From Acutalibacteraceae bacterium (lineage in GTDB: Bacteria; Bacillota; Clostridia; Oscillospirales; Acutalibacteraceae): a stretch of DNA of 31,780 nucleotides. Each line of letters begins with the position of its first letter. The stretch's first letter is position 1. The stretch covers positions 1 to 31,780 of the forward strand of contig JAZSCI010000017.1 in assembly GCA_045602865.1 (NCBI GenBank), read 5' to 3'. The position numbers were made by a program, and so were the translations under genes. The notes beneath the pieces were generated by a model. It was given only the letters and a program-made list of their open reading frames with translations, did no database searches and had not been told where the DNA came from. Below are positions 9,924-17,358 of this stretch, piece after piece.

Positions 9924-10823
9924 TTATTTATTGTAATTATCGAAATAACCTACCGCATTAAGCTCTGCAACGAGAGCATCTGCCTCCTCCTTAGTAAAGG
10001 GAGTGCCGGGATAAGCAATTTCTCCGCTATCTATACCAAGACAACCAAGAACATACTTGATTGAACGAAGACAACCATGCTTAAGTAAAATTTCAATAAC
10101 ATGATTAACCTTGTACTGTGTTGCTCTTGCACCATCAATATCTCCTGCGGCAAACTGATTGAAAAGCTTCACATACTCACCACACATAAGGTTGTATGTA
10201 GAGCCGATACCTGCATCTGCGCCCATAGCAAGACCGCAGATAAGCATTTCATCAGGTCCGTTAATAACATTGATATCTCCACCGTTAAGCTCCTTGATTC
10301 TGTGCATTGCATAGTAATCACAAAGTGTGAACTTAACACCTACAACACCATCTACCTTGATAAGCTGATCCATAAGATTAACGGGATCACTTGTAAGAAG
10401 TCCCTGTGCATAGGCTACAACGGGAAGCTCGGAAGCATCTGCGATGCGCTTGTAGTAATCAACAATTTCAGCATCGTTATACTTGTAATAGAAATTAGGA
10501 ACAACACTGGATATACCATCACAACCACATTCCTTAGAATGCTTGGCAAGCTCGATTGCCTCAAAGGGAGAAGCAGCGCCTACGTGATTGATGATCTTAC
10601 CTCTTCCGTTATTTGCTTCAACACAGGTCTCGGCAATAGTCTTACGCTGCTGAGTTGTAAGAACAGGACCTTCACCGGTAGAGCCGCAAATATAAAAGCC
10701 GGCTGCACCCTGGTTGTAGTTTCTGTCCATATTTGCTCTGATTGAGTCCTTCATAATAGTACCGTCAGCCTTGAAGGGGCTGATGAGAGCGGGCATAATA
10801 CCTTTAAAAATTACATTTGACAT
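9924..10823 (-). CDS. nanA: N-acetylneuraminate lyase (DHDPS/NAL family)
   Basis: 299 aa. GSTGEG, Schiff-base GVKFT, and NAL-type G-P-D-E and IGSTYN substrate motifs rather than DapA-type ones. Confidence 0.78.
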   Translation of the reverse strand: MSNVIFKGIMPALISPFKADGTIMKDSIRANMDRNYNQGAAGFYICGSTGEGPVLTTQQRKTIAETCVEANNGRGKIINHVGAASPFEAIELAKHSKECGCDGISSVVPNFYYKYNDAEIVDYYKRIADASELPVVAYAQGLLTSDPVNLMDQLIKVDGVVGVKFTLCDYYAMHRIKELNGGDINVINGPDEMLICGLAMGADAGIGSTYNLMCGEYVKLFNQFAAGDIDGARATQYKVNHVIEILLKHGCLRSIKYVLGCLGIDSGEIAYPGTPFTKEEADALVAELNAVGYFDNYNK

Positions 10824-10879
10824 AATATCACCTTCGGATAAGATTTTTACAAGAAAAATTTTACAAAATAACCAGTATA

Positions 10880-10908
10880 ATTATATCAAACCCACAAATG
10901 AATGTCAA
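10880..10908 (-). promoter_or_regulatory. Consensus sigmaA promoter of nanA-E2 unit
   Basis: TTGACA-17 bp-TATAAT with extended TG; perfect consensus. Confidence 0.85.
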
Positions 10909-11000
10909 TTCACATTTTTATAATATTACATCCATATTAAGAAAATGTTAACATGCACAACTCTACACTTATTAAAATTGTTCATTATGCACAAGCATCG

Positions 11001-11050
11001 AAAAAACAAAAACGAGCTATGAAAGCTCATCGTTTTTCATAGCTCATTTT
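11001..11050 (-). terminator. Intrinsic terminator of the 601-aa gene
   Basis: GAGCTATGAAA / TTTCATAGCTC stem followed by T-runs on the minus strand. Confidence 0.8.
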
Positions 11051-11062
11051 GAATTAAAAGTA

Positions 11063-12868
11063 TTATCTCTCTATTGATTTTGCAGAAACAATGTTGCTAT
11101 CGCTCGTCTTGTAGGTAATATCAACCTTGTCACCTACATTCAATATAACAACAGACTCATCCTCTGCCGCAGTAATTGAATAATAAGTCTTACCGCCATC
11201 AATAGCAATATAGTATGTGGTATTTCCGTTTACAACTGCCTGTCTGATATCTGTAATAGCGCCGCTTACAGTTTTGATTTCTGCTGATGCTGAAGAGTCT
11301 TCACCCTCAGAATCTGAACCGGCAAGAGCATCGGGAAGAACCGCATTATAGTTAATATTGAGAACCTTCTTGGTACTTGCTTTTACCTTGTTTACGTAGG
11401 ATTTCAGACAAGCCTCAAGGTCGGGGTTAGCATCATCCTCACTTCTTACAGCATCCTGAACACGCTCAACACTTACCATAGCATAGCTCTTAACAACCTC
11501 ATTATCCTTAAGAGCCATAAAGTAGGTTGCCTCGCCATCAAGATTAAGAAGAACAGGGAAGGTAGCCTGCCAGCCCTTATCGGAAACGATACCCTCTGCA
11601 GAGGTCTGTGCACCGTGCTCGGTTGTACCTGAAATCTTCTGGAACACTGCTTCCTTTGTACGCTGGTTAATAATAGCAAAGCCTACAATAGAGTCATCGT
11701 TTGTAACAGATGTAACACCGGTATAAAGCCAAACATCATCACCGGTTGCAATATAGCTGGCACCATCAGTGGTGGAAACAACTCCGCTCTGTCCGATATA
11801 TCCGTTGATGAAGCCGCCTGAATATTTACCGTAGTAGTTGTACTGCTGAACAAGTAAATCCTCGGAATAGATCTGGTCAATCCACTGGATGCTCTCATCA
11901 TTCTTAATCTGCTCAAGGCTATAATACTTAACATTATTCTTATCACAAGCATCAACAAGAACAACACCGATAACATCGGAACCGCCAACAAGACCTACAG
12001 TCTTATCAATACGCTCACAAACCCAGTAGGGATGTCCCTTTTCATCAATTTCAAGTGAAGGTGTACCGAACATATAGGTGGGGTATGCAAAACGAAGAAC
12101 ACGACTGAGCTTCTCGTTAAAGAATTCACTTGTGGAAACCTGAATATTGGGAAGTCCCATTTCCTCAAGAACTACTGCATTTGCTTCCTGGGTATACATA
12201 TTAACTGCAAGGTATGCAGGAAGACCGTCACGGGTATTTTTTATATACTTGAATATATCGCCGTATTTAAGAGGGAATATTCTGTAGGGATTCTCGTTAT
12301 AGTTAATCTGTGTGGAATATGTTTCATCGATAACGAACTGTGAAACCCACTCGGAAAGGTCACCAAGCTTTTTGTTAGCAAGGTTAAGTGCCACGTTTTT
12401 ATCAATCATAGGCACACTGCTGAAATCCTCAAGACTGGTAATTGTAGTAATACTCTTTTCAGTCTCACCGAAATTTTCCTCGTTTACGGTGATAATCTCA
12501 CTGTAATCCCTTGCACGGAAAAGTGCAGCAGAGGTAAGATAACCGACACCGAGGATAAGTGCAAACACAAGACCTATTGCCACAGGGGGAATTGCCTGTC
12601 TTTTTACATAGGTAATATACTCGGGCTTGATAAATGCCTTTGAGGTAAGAAAAATCATACCAATGTAAATCGCAAGAACAATTGCTATGAAATAGTAGAA
12701 CTCAAGAGCCTTAAAGTTAATAGCAGGAAGCATAACATAGTAAGCTACTGCGCCACCGATAACGGTAACAATAAGACTGATGATAATCTTCAGAATTTTT
12801 CTGTCGGGTGGAATAACAACCTCTTTAGGTCTGCCCTTTCCCGAAAAATCAACTTTGATGGGATCCAT
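11063..12868 (-). CDS. Membrane-anchored protein of unknown function (3 N-terminal TM segments, large extracellular region)
   Basis: 601 aa, own SD (AAGGAG), promoter and terminator. Three hydrophobic helices, then a beta-rich region; no catalytic motif recognised. Confidence 0.7.
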   Translation of the reverse strand: MDPIKVDFSGKGRPKEVVIPPDRKILKIIISLIVTVIGGAVAYYVMLPAINFKALEFYYFIAIVLAIYIGMIFLTSKAFIKPEYITYVKRQAIPPVAIGLVFALILGVGYLTSAALFRARDYSEIITVNEENFGETEKSITTITSLEDFSSVPMIDKNVALNLANKKLGDLSEWVSQFVIDETYSTQINYNENPYRIFPLKYGDIFKYIKNTRDGLPAYLAVNMYTQEANAVVLEEMGLPNIQVSTSEFFNEKLSRVLRFAYPTYMFGTPSLEIDEKGHPYWVCERIDKTVGLVGGSDVIGVVLVDACDKNNVKYYSLEQIKNDESIQWIDQIYSEDLLVQQYNYYGKYSGGFINGYIGQSGVVSTTDGASYIATGDDVWLYTGVTSVTNDDSIVGFAIINQRTKEAVFQKISGTTEHGAQTSAEGIVSDKGWQATFPVLLNLDGEATYFMALKDNEVVKSYAMVSVERVQDAVRSEDDANPDLEACLKSYVNKVKASTKKVLNINYNAVLPDALAGSDSEGEDSSASAEIKTVSGAITDIRQAVVNGNTTYYIAIDGGKTYYSITAAEDESVVILNVGDKVDITYKTSDSNIVSAKSIER

Positions 12869-12944
12869 TTTTAAAACTCCTTTAATACAGCAACGAAACA
12901 GTATGCACCAAAACCATACCGCTCCGTATACCTTAATCCTTTAC

Positions 12945-12973
12945 ATTATATACCATAACCCTCACAAAAACAA
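12945..12973 (-). promoter_or_regulatory. Probable sigmaA promoter of the 601-aa gene
   Basis: TTGTTT-17 bp-TATAAT. Confidence 0.5.
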
Positions 12974-13014
12974 GGATTTTTTGTTAATATAGAAAACACA
13001 TATTCTGTAGTTTT

Positions 13015-14517
13015 TTACAAGCTCCAATCAGATACAGATGAATAGAAATGATATTTGTCGCCTGTGCCCTTAACATTGGGATTTACGGAAACAACTTTTT
13101 TTCTGTAGAAAAGCGGAAGGAACGGCACCTCTGTGCTAAAGCCCTCTACAAATTGCTTTGTGGTTATCTCCCCTTTTTCAAGAGAGGAATACAAATCAAA
13201 AGCACTTTCACTTATACCGTAATTCAGGCTCCCGCCACCCGAGAAAAACTCACTCAGATCATATCGGGGTGTAAGCTCCGTTTCTCCCACATAGAAATCA
13301 AAGTGACCTTCCTTAAGCGCCGCCTTGAAATCCTTTGGCTTCTTTTTTTCGGTCACGGTAACACCAAAGCCTAATTTTTCAAGAGCATCCTTGAAGCTTT
13401 CTGCAACAGTCAGCTTGTATTTATTCTTGGTGCAAACAAGAATATTCACACGAAGCACCGCCGAGCCATTGGTACGGATACCCTCATCCGTAAACTTATC
13501 GAAGCCGTTACCTTCAAGAATCCTGATAGCTCCCTCTACATTACCCTCAGGACCGACAAGCTCCATATTTTCAAGCTCATAAAAATCATTTTTATACGGA
13601 GTCACCGTAGCAACACCCTGACCGAGGAAGGATGATGCGGCAATAATTTTTCTGTCTATTCCTATATTGATGGCTTGTCGTATAAAGGCAAGGGATGCTA
13701 CACTGCCTGCCCATCGGGAATTAACGCCTATATACACAAGATTATTAGTATCAAGTGAAACAGTTGAAGAAGACAAATTAGTGTATTCGCCATCACTGAG
13801 GTCATTGGAAAAGACGCTTATTTCGTTAGCCTTAAAGGGATAAACCGCTCCGTTAATACCCGACATATCATAGAGAGCAATCTGCTCATTCCATTGGGGA
13901 TTATAGCTTCTGTGATGCTTATTCACACTGAAATAAGGCTCATCTCCAAGATAATCAATAAAATATTTTCCTGTTCCGACGCTTTCTTTACCGTCACCTT
14001 TAACAACAGGGAAGCTAAGCACATTCAGTGCAAAGGGATCTTTTCTGTAGAGCTCAAAGGTTATTGTGTAATTATCCAGAACAATAGCCCTCGCTACATT
14101 GGATAAAGCGCCTTTGTAGTACACATTCGACTTAGCTTTCTCCAACGAGGATTTCACATCTGAAGCAACAAGCTCTGTGCCATCACTGAATTTAACATTC
14201 TGATTAAGCCTTACAGTTACATTTTTTCCTTCGATTTCCTCACTTACAGAAAGCTGTCTTATCCCCTTTCCGCTCTCATCGCTGATATAAAGGCTCTCAT
14301 ACATAATGGGGATAAGCTCTCTGTTCAGCTTACTTTCCGAGGCATAAGGAGTCATCTTATCTGCACTGGTATAAGGAAATGCAAAATCTGCATTAATAAC
14401 AGGTGTCGGAAGAACATAACCCTCTGTGGTTTCGGTAGTATCTCCCGTATCACCCTTGCAGGCGGAAAAGCCTACCAGAAAACACAGAACGAGAATTAAC
14501 GATACTATTTTTTTCAA
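13015..14517 (-). CDS. Family-5 (OppA/DppA-like) ABC solute-binding lipoprotein
   Basis: Lipobox-like LVGFSAC. MYESL, VRLNQNVKFSDGTELVASDVKSS, GTGKY, IRQAINIGIDR and EVPFLPLFY match the SBP_bac_5 pattern. Confidence 0.85.
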   Translation of the reverse strand: MKKIVSLILVLCFLVGFSACKGDTGDTTETTEGYVLPTPVINADFAFPYTSADKMTPYASESKLNRELIPIMYESLYISDESGKGIRQLSVSEEIEGKNVTVRLNQNVKFSDGTELVASDVKSSLEKAKSNVYYKGALSNVARAIVLDNYTITFELYRKDPFALNVLSFPVVKGDGKESVGTGKYFIDYLGDEPYFSVNKHHRSYNPQWNEQIALYDMSGINGAVYPFKANEISVFSNDLSDGEYTNLSSSTVSLDTNNLVYIGVNSRWAGSVASLAFIRQAINIGIDRKIIAASSFLGQGVATVTPYKNDFYELENMELVGPEGNVEGAIRILEGNGFDKFTDEGIRTNGSAVLRVNILVCTKNKYKLTVAESFKDALEKLGFGVTVTEKKKPKDFKAALKEGHFDFYVGETELTPRYDLSEFFSGGGSLNYGISESAFDLYSSLEKGEITTKQFVEGFSTEVPFLPLFYRKKVVSVNPNVKGTGDKYHFYSSVSDWSL

Positions 14518-15284
14518 CGAACCTCCACCCTCTCTATATATTGTGCCTTACCCGTTTTCTCATCAATATCAACGAGGCATCCGCACATAAAATAATCACC
14601 CCGGGGATTCTCGAATCTGACAGGCATATTTGTTCGAAATTTTTTTATCACAAGCTCAGGCACGATACCCAGAACAGACTGCACCGGGCCTACCATACCA
14701 ACATCTGTAATATACGCTGTTCCCTTGGGGAGAATCTGTTCATCGGAAGTCTGCACGTGGGTATGTGTACCGAAAACTGCACTTACCCTGCCATCAAGGA
14801 AAAAGCCCATAGACCTTTTCTCGGCAGTTGCTTCTGCGTGAAAATCCACAATCTTCACTTTGCAATCAGCAATCTCCTCCAATGCCTTTTCAACAGATTG
14901 AAAGGGATTTTCCAGAGGCTCCATATACACAGTTCCCATAAGGTTGATTACACCTATTTTAAAACTGCCCTTATCAATTATCCCTGCACCTCTGCCGGGT
15001 GCTCCGCCGGGAAAATTGTAGGGCCTTGCAACAAGAGAGCTTCCGTCAAGATAATCGTAAAACTCTGCCCTCCTGAAGGTATGATTGCCTAAAGTAATAA
15101 AATCTGCACCACTATCAAAAATCATTTCACAGGAATGCTTCGTAACACCATTCCCCTGAGCCGAATTCTCTCCATTCACAATACAGACATCTATTTTCTT
15201 TTCTCTCTTAAATGCAGGCAGCTTCTTCAACAAAAATTCGCAACCGCCCTGCCCCACAACGTCACCTATAAAAAGTAATCGCAT
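14514..15284 (-). CDS. ymdB: YmdB/TIGR00282-type metallophosphoesterase
   Basis: GDVVG, NGEN, TLGNH, DFHAEATAEK, GTHTHVQT and TDVGMVGP; directly downstream of rny, the usual synteny. Confidence 0.93.
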   Translation of the reverse strand: MRLLFIGDVVGQGGCEFLLKKLPAFKREKKIDVCIVNGENSAQGNGVTKHSCEMIFDSGADFITLGNHTFRRAEFYDYLDGSSLVARPYNFPGGAPGRGAGIIDKGSFKIGVINLMGTVYMEPLENPFQSVEKALEEIADCKVKIVDFHAEATAEKRSMGFFLDGRVSAVFGTHTHVQTSDEQILPKGTAYITDVGMVGPVQSVLGIVPELVIKKFRTNMPVRFENPRGDYFMCGCLVDIDEKTGKAQYIERVEVR

Positions 15285-15375
15285 TTGTCTACCATCATTT
15301 CTATATCTTTTTTCTTAATACAAGGATTAAAATTCTGCACCAAAAGGCAGTCTGCTCCTTTTCGGCTTATCAATC

Positions 15376-15413
15376 AAAAAGACTTGCGAAGTATCGCCCT
15401 TCAGCAAGTCTTT
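15376..15413 (-). terminator. Terminator-like hairpin after rny
   Basis: AAAGACTTGC..GAAG / CTTC.GCAAGTCTTT followed by TTTTT on the minus strand. Confidence 0.7.
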
Positions 15414-15423
15414 GTTGAACAAT

Positions 15424-16977
15424 TTATTTTGCGAAGTCTACTGCGCGACTTTCTCTGATAACATTAACCTTAATCTGACCGGGATATTCAAGCTCTTCCT
15501 CGATCTTCTTGGCAACATCTCTTGCGAGAATTGTCATCTGATCATCCGTTATAGCATCGGGCTTAACGAGAATACGAACCTCACGACCTGCCTGGTTTGC
15601 AAAGGTACCTTCAACACCGGGGAAGCCACCGGCAATTTCTTCAAGCTTCTTCAGTCTCTGAATGTATGCTTCAATATTCTCACGTCTTGCACCGGGCCTT
15701 GCTGCGGAAATAGCATCCGCCGCCTGAACAATAAAGTCTAAAACCGAAACAGACTCCACATCTCCGTGGTGAGCGTGGATAGCATGAATAACCTGCTCAT
15801 TTTCTCTGAACTTTGTAGCAAGAGCTACACCAAGCTCTATATGAGTACCTTCCTGCTCATGGTCAACAGCCTTACCGATATCGTGGAGAAGACCTGCGCG
15901 CTTAGCCATCTTAATGTCAGCACCAAGCTCTGCCGCCAGAACACCGGAAAGGTACGAAACCTCAAGAGAGTGATTAAGCACATTCTGTCCGTAGCTTGTA
16001 CGATACTTGAGCTTACCGAGAGTCTTAAGAATTTCAGGTCTGAGTCCGTTTACACCTGCATCAATAGCAGCCTTCTCACCTGCCTGTCTGATGTCATTTT
16101 CAACATCCTTCTTGGCTTTCTCGTATATTGCTTCAATGCTGCCCGGATGAATTCTTCCGTCATTAACAAGTCTTTCAAGAGTAAGTCTTGCAACCTCTCT
16201 TCTGACGGGCTCAAAGCAGGAAACAGTAATTGCCTCGGGTGTATCATCAATAATAAGGTCAACACCTGTTGTAGCCTCAATGGCACGGATATTTCTACCC
16301 TCTCGACCAATAATTCTACCCTTCATTTCATCAGAAGGTATGCTTACAACAGATACGGTTGCCTCTGCCGCGTGGTCAGCAGCACAGCGCTGGATAGCAC
16401 CGGAAAGGATTTCTGCAGCAAGCTTATCCATATCATCCTTGAGCTGCTGCTCATGATTGAAAATCTTAACCGCTTTATCGTGAACAAGCTGCTCCTCAAG
16501 AGTCTGGAGAATAACCTCCTTTGCCTGCTCCTTTGTGTAGCCGGAAATTCTTTCAAGAATTTCAAGCTGACTTTTCTTTAAGGATTCAATCTCCTGCTCC
16601 TTGTCATCAATAGCCTTGGCCTTTTTAGCAAGAGCCTCTTCCTTCTTTTCGTGTTGTTCAACCTTCTTATCGAGGGTTTCTTCTTTCTGAATAATTCTTT
16701 TTTCCTGACGCTGAACTTCATTCCTTCTTTCGCGAAGCTCCTGTTCAGTGTCTGTTCTGAGCTTGTGAATTTCATCCTTGGCTTCGAGAATTGTTTCTTT
16801 CTTCTTTTGCTCAGCCTCTGTCATTGCATTGTTGACAATACGGGCAGCTTCCTGAGTAGCTGAACCAATAGCCGCTTCTGCAACCTTTTTACGGTGAGCA
16901 CCACCAATGAAAAATCCTGCAATTCCGCCGCCTGCAAGGGCAACGATAATAAGCACAATCGCAAGACCTATATTCAT
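15424..16977 (-). CDS. rny: Ribonuclease Y (517 aa; start revised from ORF-track 17142 to ATG 16977)
   Basis: N-terminal TM, coiled coil, KH ([12 protein letters not shown]) and HD (LLHDIGK). AAAGGAG SD precedes ATG 16977. Confidence 0.96.
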   Translation of the reverse strand: MNIGLAIVLIIVALAGGGIAGFFIGGAHRKKVAEAAIGSATQEAARIVNNAMTEAEQKKKETILEAKDEIHKLRTDTEQELRERRNEVQRQEKRIIQKEETLDKKVEQHEKKEEALAKKAKAIDDKEQEIESLKKSQLEILERISGYTKEQAKEVILQTLEEQLVHDKAVKIFNHEQQLKDDMDKLAAEILSGAIQRCAADHAAEATVSVVSIPSDEMKGRIIGREGRNIRAIEATTGVDLIIDDTPEAITVSCFEPVRREVARLTLERLVNDGRIHPGSIEAIYEKAKKDVENDIRQAGEKAAIDAGVNGLRPEILKTLGKLKYRTSYGQNVLNHSLEVSYLSGVLAAELGADIKMAKRAGLLHDIGKAVDHEQEGTHIELGVALATKFRENEQVIHAIHAHHGDVESVSVLDFIVQAADAISAARPGARRENIEAYIQRLKKLEEIAGGFPGVEGTFANQAGREVRILVKPDAITDDQMTILARDVAKKIEEELEYPGQIKVNVIRESRAVDFAK

Positions 16978-16998
16978 ACAAACACATCTCCTTTCAAC

Positions 16999-17035
16999 AA
17001 AAAATAAAAAAGACAGAGGACAACAGCCCTCCGTC
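16999..17035 (-). terminator. Terminator-like hairpin inside the rny 5' leader
   Basis: GACGGAGG / CCTCTGTC stem followed by TTTTTTATTTTTT, about 10 nt before the SD. Confidence 0.7.
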
Positions 17036-17247
17036 CGTAGCAAAAATTGCTCATATAAAGTTTTGTCACCCACTTTCACAAGTGTGCGGAACATATCTAT
17101 ATAAAAAAGCCATAAAAAAACAGTAAAACAGGTCAGAACCACAAACAGACCTATATTGATTTATGTATAAAAATATATAAACAACAAAACTTAATAAACA
17201 AAACGGATAGTGTACCATCGCCATTTAACAATACAATATCATTTACA

Positions 17248-17276
17248 ATTATAATAGATAATATGTCAATAGTCAA
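17248..17276 (-). promoter_or_regulatory. sigmaA promoter of rny
   Basis: TTGACT-17 bp-TATAAT. Confidence 0.75.
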
Positions 17277-17277
17277 G

Positions 17278-17322
17278 AAAAAACGGTGAAAAAATATACA
17301 ATTTTTGTACATTATTTCACCA
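17278..17322 (-). terminator. Terminator of the GH73 autolysin gene
   Basis: GGTGAAA-AATGTACAA / TTGTATATT-TTTCACC stem followed by GTTTTTT. Confidence 0.7.
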
Positions 17323-17358
17323 TTAATTCAACACTTTTATTCCGTTTAAAACCGAAAA

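Noticed and set aside
16978-17142. 55-codon N-terminal extension of RNase Y in the ORF track
   Set aside because: No SD at 17142, it runs through the leader terminator, and a strong SD precedes ATG 16977, which gives the normal N-terminal TM.
16978-17245. 6S RNA upstream of rny
   Set aside because: No long closing stem pairing the 5' and 3' ends around a central bubble could be built by eye; the middle is U-rich. A covariance search would settle it.
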